This document shows, piece after piece, positions 50,476 to 60,534 of a stretch of DNA of 64,000 nucleotides. Location of the stretch: the NCBI GenBank assembly GCA_013285855.1, contig JABDGW010000003.1, forward strand, positions 16,810 to 80,809. Direction: 5' to 3'. The position numbers and the translations under genes were made by a program. Position 1 is the first letter of the stretch. The number at the start of each line of letters is the position of its first letter. This DNA is from Bacteroidota bacterium. Its GTDB lineage: Bacteria; Bacteroidota; Bacteroidia; Chitinophagales; Chitinophagaceae. The notes below the pieces were generated by a model. The model had not been told where the DNA came from. It saw nothing but the letters and a program-made list of their open reading frames with translations, and did no database searches.

Positions 50476-51540
50476 ATGATTGAACAATTAGAGGCCATAA
50501 AAGCAAGGTTTGAGCAGGTAGGTGTTGCATTAACCAATCCTGAAATAATTAACAGGCAATTTGAATTTCAAAAACTGAGCAAAGAATACAGTCAGCTTGA
50601 AAAAATTGTACAACTTTTTGAAGCTTACAAAAGGGTTTCATCAGATTATGATTTTGCAAAAGAAAGCCTGAACAGCAACGATGAAGATATGCGCGAACTT
50701 GCCAAGATGGAATTACCTGAATTGGAAGAAAAAAGATCTTCGCTTGAAAAAGAACTCACTAAACTTTTGATACCAAAAGATCCGCAGGATGATAAAAATG
50801 CCGTGCTTGAAATTCGTGCAGGCACCGGCGGTGATGAAGCCAGTTTATTTGCCGGCGATTTATTGGATATGTATTTGCGTTATGCCGCAAAAAAAGGCTG
50901 GAAAACAAATATTGTAAGTGAAAGCGAAGGCACGGTTGGCGGATACAAAGAAGTAATGGTTGAAGTTACAGGCGAAGATGTGTATGGTACAATGAAATTT
51001 GAAAGTGGTGTACATCGCGTGCAGCGTGTGCCCGATACGGAAACGCAGGGTCGTGTGCATACTTCTGCTGCAACAGTTGCAGTAATGCCTGAAGCTGAAG
51101 AAGTGGATTTTGAGTTAAACCCTGCAGATGTAAAAATGGAAACGGCACGCAGCGGCGGCGCAGGCGGCCAAAATGTAAATAAGGTTGAAACCAAGGTGAT
51201 GCTTACACATATTCCAACAGGAACGGTGGTGGTTTGTCAAACAGAACGCAGCCAGTTGGGTAACCGCGAAAAAGCAATGACGATGCTGCGTACAAGATTG
51301 TACGAGGAAGAAGTACGTAAACAGGAAGAGGAAATTTCACGTCACAGAAAAACGCTTGTAAGTACTGGTGACCGCAGTGCAAAAATCCGCACGTATAATT
51401 ATCCGCAGGGCCGTGTAACCGATCATCGTATCGGTTTAACTTCTTACAATTTAGATGCAGTTATGAATGGAGAGATTGAACAGTTTATTGAGGCGCTCCA
51501 GGTTGCAGAAAATGCTGAGAAGATGACAAAGCAAAATTGA
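50476..51540 (+). CDS. prfA: Peptide chain release factor 1
   Basis: [24 protein letters not shown] (PxT), [11 protein letters not shown]. Confidence 0.97.
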   Translation: MIEQLEAIKARFEQVGVALTNPEIINRQFEFQKLSKEYSQLEKIVQLFEAYKRVSSDYDFAKESLNSNDEDMRELAKMELPELEEKRSSLEKELTKLLIPKDPQDDKNAVLEIRAGTGGDEASLFAGDLLDMYLRYAAKKGWKTNIVSESEGTVGGYKEVMVEVTGEDVYGTMKFESGVHRVQRVPDTETQGRVHTSAATVAVMPEAEEVDFELNPADVKMETARSGGAGGQNVNKVETKVMLTHIPTGTVVVCQTERSQLGNREKAMTMLRTRLYEEEVRKQEEEISRHRKTLVSTGDRSAKIRTYNYPQGRVTDHRIGLTSYNLDAVMNGEIEQFIEALQVAENAEKMTKQN

Positions 51541-51568
51541 GTTATAAGTTCTAAGTTTTAGGTTATAA
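51541..51568. repeat. Heptamer array after prfA
   Basis: GTTATAA GTTCTAA GTTTTAG GTTATAA. Confidence 0.6.
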
Positions 51569-51570
51569 GG

Positions 51571-51653
51571 TATGTTCTTAGCTATCGAATATATATTAAG
51601 CTTCGTTGTTTCCAATTTTGCTGCTATCGTCACGCAAAATTGCTCCCTTGTAC
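51571..51653 (+). repeat. Dispersed element copy C, with internal hairpin insertion
   Basis: TATGTTCTTAGC-N18-CTTCGTTGT-[TTC CAATTTTGC...GCAAAATTG]-CTCCCTTGTAC. Confidence 0.65.
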
Positions 51654-51663
51654 GGTCGAAATT

Positions 51664-52662
51664 CTACTCAGCTTTTTTCAGAGCAGCAAAATATTTTAAG
51701 CTTTCTTCTTTGTCTTTATCAATTTGAAGTTTTAATTCATCAAGCGAATTAAATTTCAATTCAGGCCTTAAATAAGCGCATACAAAAACTTTCATAGTGC
51801 AACCATAAATATCTTTTTCAAAATCAAAAATATTCATTTCAATGGTGCGGTTTTTCCCATCAACAGTTGGCCGGACGCCAATGCTCATCATACCCTTCAG
51901 CTTCGAGCTTTGAGCTTCGGGTTTTGAGCCGCTTGACTGTTGACTGTTGACTGTTGACTGTTGACCGATTATCTCCGCTTCAGCAACATAAATCCCGTTT
52001 GCAGGCACCAATTTATTTTCATCATGAATAATAATATTTGCAGTTGGATAACCAAGCGTTCTTCCTAATTTGTTTCCATCAACAACCATTCCTTCAAAAA
52101 AATAATTATAGCCCAGGTAACTGTTGGCAGTTTGCAGATCAGCCTTCAACAAAGATTCACGGATACGTGTTGAGCTAACTGTTACTTCATTAATAACTTG
52201 TTCAGGTATTTCTTTTACTGCAAAACCCAATTGCTTTCCCATGTTTTCAAGCAAATGATAATCTCCTTTACGGTTTTTACCAAAGCGGTGGTCATAACCA
52301 ATAATCAAAGTATGCGGATGAAATTTTTCATACAGGAAATGCTGCACATATTCTTCGGGTGTTTGATTGGAAAATGTTTCATCAAAAGGAACCACTACTA
52401 AATGATCAATACCAAATTCATCTAATAAAATAATTTTTTCATTTAATGTGGTAAGAAGATATATTGGCTTACCGGCTGCAACAATTTTTCGCGGATGCGG
52501 ATGAAAAGTTATGATAACCGTTTCGCCGTTTATCTTAACCGCTTCTTCTTTTAATTGCTTTATAATTTGTTGATGCCCGAGATGCACGCCGTCAAACGTG
52601 CCAATAGTTAAAACTGCATTTGTAAAAACCGGTAATTTATTTATTGAATGATGAACCTGCAT
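51664..52662 (-). CDS. ribF: Bifunctional riboflavin kinase/FAD synthetase
   Basis: TIGTFDGVHLGH, GYDHRFG, SSTRIR, GRTLGYPTAN, G.RPT; contains a repeat-derived insertion. Confidence 0.96.
   Translation of the reverse strand: MQVHHSINKLPVFTNAVLTIGTFDGVHLGHQQIIKQLKEEAVKINGETVIITFHPHPRKIVAAGKPIYLLTTLNEKIILLDEFGIDHLVVVPFDETFSNQTPEEYVQHFLYEKFHPHTLIIGYDHRFGKNRKGDYHLLENMGKQLGFAVKEIPEQVINEVTVSSTRIRESLLKADLQTANSYLGYNYFFEGMVVDGNKLGRTLGYPTANIIIHDENKLVPANGIYVAEAEIIGQQSTVNSQQSSGSKPEAQSSKLKGMMSIGVRPTVDGKNRTIEMNIFDFEKDIYGCTMKVFVCAYLRPELKFNSLDELKLQIDKDKEESLKYFAALKKAE
51898..51967. repeat. Ten tandem heptamers in frame within ribF
   Basis: CAGCTTC GAGCTTT GAGCTTC GGGTTTT GAGCCGC + (TTGACTG)x4 TTGACCG. Confidence 0.85.
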
Positions 52663-52678
52663 GAAGCGCAAATATAAA

Positions 52679-52796
52679 CCCCTATCCTCTAAAGGGGAAT
52701 GATATATGTTCTTTAAAGTACCGATATCACTCTTATTTTTGTCTTAATGAATTTGAAAATGCAACAACATAGTTACTCTCCTTTAGGGGATGGGGG
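52679..52796. repeat. Inverted pair of REP-like elements
   Basis: CCCCTATCCTCTAAAGGGGAAT (52679-52700) vs ACTCTCCTTTAGGGGATGGGGG (52775-52796), 18/22 complementary. Confidence 0.7.
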
Positions 52797-53973
52797 TGGG
52801 CTTTATTCAAAACGTGGCGTATCTGCACAAAAAGAAGAAGTGCATGCTGCAATAAAAAATCTTGATAAAGGATTATATGAATTTGCATTCTGTAAAATCT
52901 ACCCTGATTTTATAAATGGTGATGACGCTTTTGTAAATGTAATGCACGCAGATGGCGCCGGCACCAAAAGTATTCTTGCTTATTTATACTGGAAAGAAAC
53001 CGGCGATATTTCTGTATGGAAGGGCATCGCACAGGACGCAATTGTTATGAACCTTGATGATCTGCTTTGCGTTGGCATTTATGATAACCTGCTTTTTTCA
53101 TCAACTATTGACAGGAATAAATTATTAATTCCAGGTGAGGTGTTGGAACAAATTATAAATAGCACACAGAATTTTTTTAATACGCTTACATCTTTTGGAA
53201 TAAACATTCATTTTCTTGGCGGCGAAACTGCAGATGTTGGTGATGTGGTACGCACAATTGCAGTAAATGGAACTATGATGGCAAGATGGCCGAAAAATAA
53301 GATCATCACCAACGAAAAAATAAAACCAGGTAATGTAATTGTTGGTTTTGCAAGTAACGGAAAAGCCACTTATGAAGATGAATATAACAGTGGTATTGCA
53401 AGCAATGGTTTAACCAGTGCAAGGCATGATGTGCTGCATAAATATTATGCTGAAAAATACCCGGAGACATTTGAACCTTTACTTGATGATGAGGTAGTAT
53501 ATATTGGAAAAGACAGGATAAATGAAGAGTTTATTGCTGCAAAAGAAAATGAAAGCAATTATAATATCGGGAAGCTATTGTTATCGCCAACGCGCACTTA
53601 TGCGCCATTAATGAAAGTATTGCTGGAAAAATATTTTGAAGAAATTGATGGCGTTATTCACTGCAGCGGAGGCGGCCAAACCAAGTGCATGAAATATCTG
53701 CCGCAGCCTTTAAAGATTATAAAAGATAATTTGTTTGAAGCGCCTGAAATATTTCAGATCATCCAGCAAAATTCCGGCGCTGATGATAAAGAAATGTATC
53801 AGGTGTTTAACATGGGTCATCGCCTGGAAATTTTTACAGATGAAGAGACCGCCGGTTTATTAATTAATGAAGCCAGCCAATTTAATATTGATGCAAAAAT
53901 TATTGGCAGGGTTGAAGCATCAGCAAAAAAAGAATTACAGCTGCATGTAAATGGCAATATTATTTTTTACTGA
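52747..53973 (+). CDS. purM: Phosphoribosylformylglycinamidine cyclo-ligase (AIR synthase, Bacteroidota type)
   Basis: Y..RGVSA.KEEVH, HADGAGTKS, MNLDDLLCVG, GGETADVGD, SNGLT, VFNMGHR. Confidence 0.9.
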   Translation: MNLKMQQHSYSPLGDGGGLYSKRGVSAQKEEVHAAIKNLDKGLYEFAFCKIYPDFINGDDAFVNVMHADGAGTKSILAYLYWKETGDISVWKGIAQDAIVMNLDDLLCVGIYDNLLFSSTIDRNKLLIPGEVLEQIINSTQNFFNTLTSFGINIHFLGGETADVGDVVRTIAVNGTMMARWPKNKIITNEKIKPGNVIVGFASNGKATYEDEYNSGIASNGLTSARHDVLHKYYAEKYPETFEPLLDDEVVYIGKDRINEEFIAAKENESNYNIGKLLLSPTRTYAPLMKVLLEKYFEEIDGVIHCSGGGQTKCMKYLPQPLKIIKDNLFEAPEIFQIIQQNSGADDKEMYQVFNMGHRLEIFTDEETAGLLINEASQFNIDAKIIGRVEASAKKELQLHVNGNIIFY

Positions 53974-54009
53974 TAAATTTTCATTAAGCGTTACTCAAAA
54001 TAATATCAC

Positions 54010-54918
54010 TCACTTCCTAACCTTTAACCTAAACGCAAACAACGCCACAAACAAAATACTGGATAGCAATAAATGTATAGGCTGAATAAAAGCAGGAATA
54101 TTAAAGCTGGCCAGCGAAATACCCGCAGCCATTAATGCTAAAACAATCAATAATAAAAACATGCCTTTGCGTTGTAAAACTACATGCGATAATGAGCGCC
54201 AGAACACTATTATAATTAATACTGAGGTGATGATGGAAATAGTTTTATGTACATCAAATACAGCATTCAAATGTGCAAGCCAGGCATCACGCTGCTGATA
54301 GTTTAAAGCCTTTGATACTTCATCAACCTGCTCCCGCACATCTGTTCCTATAATTATTTGAATCAATAAAATACTTATAGCAATTGTTGTTATTACTCGC
54401 AATGTTTTATCATGCACAATTTTATCACTATTCAGCTTATGCAAGATCAAGACAGGAATGATTGCAAGAAATAAAGCAGCAAGCATGTGTAAGGTAATTT
54501 TTACAACTTCAAGATTTGTTTCAACTACCAGTTTGCCTAACCACGCTTCAAACAAAGTACCAATCAAAAACAAACATGAAAGCCAACATATAGTTTGTTT
54601 TGTACGAAAGAATTTTTTAAAGCTCCAGCCCAGATGTATCAAAATTAGAATTCCAAGCGCAGCGGTTATTAAACGATTGACGTACTCCGTCCACGCATGC
54701 GCCGGATTATAAGTTGCATCAATATCCTGTTTATCCAAATATTTTCTATAATCGGGCGGCAAATCTTTTGCGCTCAGGGGCGGGATGTTCATGCCAAAAC
54801 AATGCGGCCAGTCAGGGCAGCCCATGCCGCTTTGTGTAGTGCGCACAATACCGCCGGCAAGTATCACCAGAAAAACAAACAGCAAAACAATACGTGTATA
54901 ATTTATGTACGCTTTCAT
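54010..54918 (-). CDS. COX15/CtaA heme A synthase family protein
   Basis: GGIVRTTQSGMGCPDWPHC, EYVNR, conserved His in TM helices. Confidence 0.9.
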   Translation of the reverse strand: MKAYINYTRIVLLFVFLVILAGGIVRTTQSGMGCPDWPHCFGMNIPPLSAKDLPPDYRKYLDKQDIDATYNPAHAWTEYVNRLITAALGILILIHLGWSFKKFFRTKQTICWLSCLFLIGTLFEAWLGKLVVETNLEVVKITLHMLAALFLAIIPVLILHKLNSDKIVHDKTLRVITTIAISILLIQIIIGTDVREQVDEVSKALNYQQRDAWLAHLNAVFDVHKTISIITSVLIIIVFWRSLSHVVLQRKGMFLLLIVLALMAAGISLASFNIPAFIQPIHLLLSSILFVALFAFRLKVRK

Positions 54919-54954
54919 TAATTGAGCGCAGCAAAAGTAATGGCTGAACTTCTT

Positions 54955-54988
54955 AAACTTAACAGGTTTTTTAAAACCTGTTAAGTTT
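54955..54988. repeat. Perfect 16-bp inverted repeat (REP-like)
   Basis: AAACTTAACAGGTTTT-TT-AAAACCTGTTAAGTTT between divergent genes. Confidence 0.8.
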
Positions 54989-55046
54989 GCCTGTAAATTA
55001 ATTTCAAGGCTGTAATTTTAACGCTCTAACGCAAACAAGTTCTAAT

Positions 55047-56354
55047 ATGAAACGCAGACATTTTATTCAATCAACAGCAGCTTATGCAGCAGGTGCCGCT
55101 TTATTACCAAAGTCATTATCTGCAGCAAAAAAAATTGCAGCCAGTGACAAAATACGCATTGGCGCCATTGGCATTCACGGCATGGGCTGGACTGATCTTA
55201 CCAACTTATTAAAACATCCCGAAGCAGAATGTATTGCGCTTTGTGATGTTGACAACAATGTGCTGAATCAACGTGTGGATGAATTAAAGCAACAAAATAT
55301 TAATGTAACAGCGTATGGAGATTACAGGAAATTGTTAGAGAATAAAGATATTGATGCAGTGATGATAGCAACGCCTGATCACTGGCATTGTAAGATTATG
55401 GTGGATGCATGCATGGCTGGTAAAGATGTGTATTGCGAGAAACCTGTTGGCAATTCAATAATAGAATGTGCAACTATGGTTGCAGCGCAAAAGAAATATA
55501 ATCGTGTGGTTCAGGTTGGCCAGTGGCAGCGCAGCAATAAACATTATGCTGATGCAATGGATTTTGTGCACTCAGGAAAGTTGGGTAATGTGCGTTTGGT
55601 AAAAGCCTGGGCTTACCAGGGATGGATGCAGTCAGTACCTGTTAAGCCGGATAGTGCGCCGCCTGCCGGTGTTGATTATGATATGTGGTTAGGCCCCGCA
55701 GAAAAGCGGCCTTTTAATCCAAACCGTTTTCATTTTAATTTTAGATGGTACTGGGATTATGCCGGTGGGCTGATGACAGATTGGGGCGTACACATGATTG
55801 ATTATGCATTGCAGGGTTCAAAGGCAATTGCGCCAAAAAGCATTATGGCAAGCGGCGGCAAATTTGCTTATCCTGATGATGCAGAGCAAACGCCTGACAC
55901 TTTAGTTACTGTGTATGATTTTGGAAGTTTTAACATGTTATGGGAACATGCAACCGGCATAAACGACGGACCTTATCAACGGGATCATGGCGTTGCATTT
56001 ATTGGTAATAACGGAACGTTGGTAGTTGATCGTGGCGGATGGGAAGTGATACCCGAAGTAAAGAGTGACAAAAATCAAATGGATGCTGTTGCACGCCAGC
56101 CAAAAGTTGACGACGGTATTTTTCTGCACACAGGAAATTTTTTAGAGGTGGTTAAATCAAGAAAGATGGAAGACCTGAAATGCCCGGTGCAGGATGCCGC
56201 ACATGTGGCAACTGTTTGTGATATGGGCAACATTGCATTTAGAACAGGCAGAAAAATTTATTGGGATGATGAAAAGAAAAACTTTGATGATAAAGATGCC
56301 AATATGTTACTCGCTGCAAAATATCATAATGGTTATGAATTGCCGAAGGTTTAG
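55047..56354 (+). CDS. Gfo/Idh/MocA oxidoreductase, Tat-exported
   Basis: KRRHFI Tat motif; IATPDHWH, GKDVYCEKP, DWGVHMID. Confidence 0.92.
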   Translation: MKRRHFIQSTAAYAAGAALLPKSLSAAKKIAASDKIRIGAIGIHGMGWTDLTNLLKHPEAECIALCDVDNNVLNQRVDELKQQNINVTAYGDYRKLLENKDIDAVMIATPDHWHCKIMVDACMAGKDVYCEKPVGNSIIECATMVAAQKKYNRVVQVGQWQRSNKHYADAMDFVHSGKLGNVRLVKAWAYQGWMQSVPVKPDSAPPAGVDYDMWLGPAEKRPFNPNRFHFNFRWYWDYAGGLMTDWGVHMIDYALQGSKAIAPKSIMASGGKFAYPDDAEQTPDTLVTVYDFGSFNMLWEHATGINDGPYQRDHGVAFIGNNGTLVVDRGGWEVIPEVKSDKNQMDAVARQPKVDDGIFLHTGNFLEVVKSRKMEDLKCPVQDAAHVATVCDMGNIAFRTGRKIYWDDEKKNFDDKDANMLLAAKYHNGYELPKV

Positions 56355-56357
56355 TAT

Positions 56358-56428
56358 TATGTTACCGGCAATCGTACTTCGTGGCATCTTCGTTGTGTCA
56401 CTCACTTGTACAGAATATTTTCATGGTA
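56358..56428 (+). repeat. Dispersed element copy B
   Basis: TATGTTACCGGC-N18-CTTCGTTGTGTCACTCACTTGTACA-GAA-TATTTTCATGGTA; core at 56388-56412. Confidence 0.8.
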
Positions 56429-56518
56429 TTAAAGTCACTTGAAAAATTTCAACTTTTATTTTTTCTCACTATGTTGTATGTTGCAACACCTCTTAAACAA
56501 TAAATCAATATTGTCAAC

Positions 56519-57343
56519 ATGATCAAGAAAATTATTTTATCCGCTGCTTGCATTTTTAGTTTAATAATTGTAAAAGCACAAAATGAAGCAGATACGGCAA
56601 CAATGTATCCTGGCTTATATTATCGTGGCGATACAACAAAGCCTGAAGCAACTGAATTTTATAAACCCGTTCCGCCAATTGTAACACCGGGCAAAACTTT
56701 TGGCGACGCACCATCTGATGCCGTTATTTTATTTAATGGGAAAAGTTTGGATGCATGGGAATCTGCAAACGATACAACAAAACCTGCAGATTGGATTATT
56801 GATAATGGCGAGCTTACTGTAAATAAAAAAGGTGGTGGCAGCATTCAAACAAAACAACATTTCTTAGATTATCAATTACATCTTGAATGGAAAGAACCAA
56901 CAGATATTGAAGGCAAAGGACAAGCCCGTGGCAATAGCGGTGTTTTTCTTGCATCAATTGGTCCCGGCGATGCTGGTTATGAAATCCAGGTGTTAGATTG
57001 TTATAATAACACAACTTATGTAAATGGGCAAACTGCAGCTGTTTACAAACAAGGGATTCCTTTGGCAAATGCTTGTAAAAAACCGGGCGAATGGCAGACA
57101 TATGATATTATCTGGACCGCACCTCGATTTGATGCTTCAGGAAAATTAACTGATTCTGCGAGAGTAACTGTTTTGCATAACGGTGTTTTAGTACAAAACA
57201 ATTTTAAATTAAGAGGTGTAACGAGATACATTGGGTTGCCTTATTATGTTGCACATGGCGCATCATCTATTAAATTGCAATCACACGGTGATCCAAGCAA
57301 ACCAATCAGCTTCAGAAATATTTGGGTAAGACCTCTGGATTAG
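56519..57343 (+). CDS. DUF1080 (3-keto-disaccharide hydrolase-like) protein
   Basis: APSDAVILFNG, LHLEW, GNSGVF, YEIQVLD, GEWQTYDI, LQSHG...FRNIW. Confidence 0.9.
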   Translation: MIKKIILSAACIFSLIIVKAQNEADTATMYPGLYYRGDTTKPEATEFYKPVPPIVTPGKTFGDAPSDAVILFNGKSLDAWESANDTTKPADWIIDNGELTVNKKGGGSIQTKQHFLDYQLHLEWKEPTDIEGKGQARGNSGVFLASIGPGDAGYEIQVLDCYNNTTYVNGQTAAVYKQGIPLANACKKPGEWQTYDIIWTAPRFDASGKLTDSARVTVLHNGVLVQNNFKLRGVTRYIGLPYYVAHGASSIKLQSHGDPSKPISFRNIWVRPLD

Positions 57344-57359
57344 AACAGCAAGAAAAAAT

Positions 57360-57818
57360 TTATAAGGCTTTGAGATAATCGTTGATCAACTTTATCTCAA
57401 AGCCTTTTTGTTGTAAATAATCTTTCATCTTTTTCTTTTTGATGAAAATGTTTTTTTCAGATCTTAATGTTTGAAGTTTTTTGTCAGCTTGTGTATTAAA
57501 AGTTTTATTGTAATCTGAATTGTTTATTGCAGCAAGCGCTTTGCGAATGCAATAATCACTAACGCGCTTTTGTTTTAGCGAGTATTTTATTTTTTCTTTT
57601 CCCCAATGTTTTATCCTGAATTTGCCGCCTGCATAAGCAATCGCAAAGCGCTCTTCATTTAAAAAATCTTCCTCTATTAATAGCGTTAATAATTGTTCTA
57701 CTTCATTTTTATGTAAAGAAAATGAATACAATTTTTCTCTTACTTCCGCATGGCATCTTTCCTGGTGTGCACAATAATGTTTTGCTTTTTGTAATGCAGC
57801 AAGTAATGAATCTTCCAT
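57360..57818 (-). CDS. recx: Regulatory protein RecX
   Basis: YCAHQERCHAEV..KL, FLNEERFA..YAGGKFRIK.WG, YLQQKGFE. Confidence 0.9.
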   Translation of the reverse strand: MEDSLLAALQKAKHYCAHQERCHAEVREKLYSFSLHKNEVEQLLTLLIEEDFLNEERFAIAYAGGKFRIKHWGKEKIKYSLKQKRVSDYCIRKALAAINNSDYNKTFNTQADKKLQTLRSEKNIFIKKKKMKDYLQQKGFEIKLINDYLKAL

Positions 57819-60529
57819 TAAAAATCTAAATTAGGCCGCAACCATCTTTCAGCTTCTTCAATGCTCATTTTTTTTCTATTTGCGTAATTTTCTAACTGGT
57901 CTTTTGTTATTTTCCCCAAGCCAAAATAATGGCTTTGCGGATGTGCAAAGTACCATCCGCAAACAGATGCAGGCGGGCTCATGGCAAGGCTTTCAGTTAA
58001 TTCAATTCCTATATTTTCAGTTGCATTTAATAAATCAAACAGTTTTATTTTTTCAGTATGATCAGGGCAGGCCGGATAACCCGGTGCGGGTCTTATTCCC
58101 TGGTATTTTTCATGAATTAATTCTTCTGGTTTAAGCTGTTCATCTTTTGCATAACCCCAATATTCTTTTCTTACTTTTTTATGTAAGCATTCTGCAAACG
58201 CTTCAACCATTCTATCGGCTAAAATCTGCACCATTATTTTGTTATAATCATCATTTTCTGCTGCAAATTTTTCAATGTGTTTTTTAGCGCCATGAATGGT
58301 AACAGCAAATGCGCCAATAAAGTCCTTGTACATAGGAGACACAAAATCTGCCAAAGAAAAATTACTCTGGCCTTGTGCTTTTTTTGATTGTTGCCGTAAA
58401 AACTCAAGATTTACTTCACCATCGTTTGTTTGTAATACAACCGTATCTCTATCGTTGCTTTGTGCCTGCCAAAAACCAATTACGCTTTTTGCAGTAAACC
58501 AATGCTCATCTATTATTTTTTTAAGCAAAGCCTGCGCATCTTTATATAATTTTGTTGCTTCAGCGCCAAATATTTTATCAGTTAAAACAGCAGGAAATTT
58601 TCCGGGCATCTCCCAACCGATAAAGAATGGTCCCCAATCAATATATTCTGCTATTGTTCCAAGATCAAAATCATCAAAAACTTTAATGCCGTTAACTACA
58701 GGTTTTACAGGTGTATAATTTTTCCAATCAAAATTTTCTTTATTGTTCACTGCCTGTTCATATGGTATAAGATTTTTTTGTTGCTGTTTATTTAGAAATT
58801 GAATACGTAATCCATCATATTCTTCATCAGTTTTTTTAATTAGCAAAGGCTTTTGTTCTGTATTAATAAGATTTGAAACAACCGTTACGCTACGGGATGC
58901 ATCTAACACATGAATTACGCCATTATCATATTGCGGCGCAATTTTTACTGCTGTATGCATTCTTGATGTTGTGGCGCCGCCAATTAACAAAGGCTGACGC
59001 ATGTTACGCCGTTTCATTTCATGAGCCACATGTACCATCTCGTCAAGCGAGGGCGTTATCAATCCGCTTAAACCAATTACATCCACTTTTTCTTTTTCTG
59101 CTGTTTCTAAAATTTTATCTGCAGGCACCATTACCCCAAGGTCAATAATATCATAGCCGTTACAGCCCAATACAACGCCAACAATATTTTTCCCAATATC
59201 ATGTACATCGCCTTTAACTGTTGCTAATAAAATTTTGGCAGCACTGCTTCCTTCTTCATTCTTTGTGCCTGCAGCCAGATGAACCAATCTACGCTCTTCT
59301 TTTTCCGCTTCTATATAGGGTGTTAAAATGGCAACGCTTTTCTTCATCACTCTTGCACTTTTTACAACCTGGGGTAAAAACATTTTACCACTTCCAAAAA
59401 GATCACCAACTACATTCATTCCATCCATAAGCGGGCCTTCAATAACTGTTAATGGCTTTGGATATTTCTGCCTGGCTTCTTCCGTATCAATTTCTATAAA
59501 ATCAGTAATGCCGTTTACAAGAGCATGCTTTAATCTTTCTTCAACTGAAGTACTGCGCCAGGCATCATCTTTTTTTACTTCTTTGCCTTTTTGTTTAACT
59601 GTTTCTGCAAATGCAATCAGCTTTTCTGTTGCTTCATTATTATCATTATTCCTGTTTAAAATAACATCTTCGCATAATTTTTTCAAATCGGGTTCTATCT
59701 GGTCATACACTACCAGCTGGCCTGCGTTCACAATGCCCATATCCATTCCGGCTTTTATAGCATAGAAAAGAAAAACGCTGTGCATGGCTTCGCGTACTAC
59801 TTCATTACCGCGAAACGAAAAGGAAAGGTTACTTACGCCACCGCTTATTTTTGTAAGCGGCATTTTTTGTTTGATAAGGCGGGTTGCTTCTATAAAATCA
59901 ACACCATAATTATTGTGTTCTTCAAGGCCGGTCGCAATAGCAAAAACATTGGGATCAAAAATGATGTCCTGCGGATCGTAACCAACTTTTTCTGTAAGAA
60001 TTTTATACGCTCTTTCGCTGAAGCTTACTCTTTTTTCCAACGTATCTGCCTGTCCATTTTCATCAAACGCCATTACAACAACCGAAGCGCCATACATTCT
60101 GCATGTTTCTGCATGGCTTATAAATTTTTCTTCGCCTTCTTTTAATGAAATGGAGTTAACAATGCATTTGCCCTGCACACATTTTAAACCTGCTTCGATA
60201 ATTTCAAACTTTGATGAATCTATCATTACAGGAATGCGTGCAATATCAGGCTCGCTTTGTAAGAGGTTTAGAAAAATTGTCATGGCCTGCACACCGTCAA
60301 GCAATGCATCATCCATGTTTACATCTAAAACCTGCGCCCCATTTTCTACCTGCTGCCTTGCAACGCTTAAAGCTTCTTCATATTTGTTCTCGCGTACAAG
60401 CCTTGCGAATTTTTTTGAGCCTGTAACATTTGTGCGCTCACCAATATTTACAAAATTTGATTCAGGCCGGATAGTTAAAGGCTCTAAACCTGCAAGCCGC
60501 ATGTAAGGCTTTATAATGTGTTCACTCAT
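57818..60529 (-). CDS. metH: Methionine synthase, pterin/cobalamin/activation domains (split MetH, C-terminal part)
   Basis: [30 protein letters not shown] cobalamin motif, [14 protein letters not shown]. Confidence 0.96.
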   Translation of the reverse strand: MSEHIIKPYMRLAGLEPLTIRPESNFVNIGERTNVTGSKKFARLVRENKYEEALSVARQQVENGAQVLDVNMDDALLDGVQAMTIFLNLLQSEPDIARIPVMIDSSKFEIIEAGLKCVQGKCIVNSISLKEGEEKFISHAETCRMYGASVVVMAFDENGQADTLEKRVSFSERAYKILTEKVGYDPQDIIFDPNVFAIATGLEEHNNYGVDFIEATRLIKQKMPLTKISGGVSNLSFSFRGNEVVREAMHSVFLFYAIKAGMDMGIVNAGQLVVYDQIEPDLKKLCEDVILNRNNDNNEATEKLIAFAETVKQKGKEVKKDDAWRSTSVEERLKHALVNGITDFIEIDTEEARQKYPKPLTVIEGPLMDGMNVVGDLFGSGKMFLPQVVKSARVMKKSVAILTPYIEAEKEERRLVHLAAGTKNEEGSSAAKILLATVKGDVHDIGKNIVGVVLGCNGYDIIDLGVMVPADKILETAEKEKVDVIGLSGLITPSLDEMVHVAHEMKRRNMRQPLLIGGATTSRMHTAVKIAPQYDNGVIHVLDASRSVTVVSNLINTEQKPLLIKKTDEEYDGLRIQFLNKQQQKNLIPYEQAVNNKENFDWKNYTPVKPVVNGIKVFDDFDLGTIAEYIDWGPFFIGWEMPGKFPAVLTDKIFGAEATKLYKDAQALLKKIIDEHWFTAKSVIGFWQAQSNDRDTVVLQTNDGEVNLEFLRQQSKKAQGQSNFSLADFVSPMYKDFIGAFAVTIHGAKKHIEKFAAENDDYNKIMVQILADRMVEAFAECLHKKVRKEYWGYAKDEQLKPEELIHEKYQGIRPAPGYPACPDHTEKIKLFDLLNATENIGIELTESLAMSPPASVCGWYFAHPQSHYFGLGKITKDQLENYANRKKMSIEEAERWLRPNLDF

Positions 60530-60534
60530 TCAAA

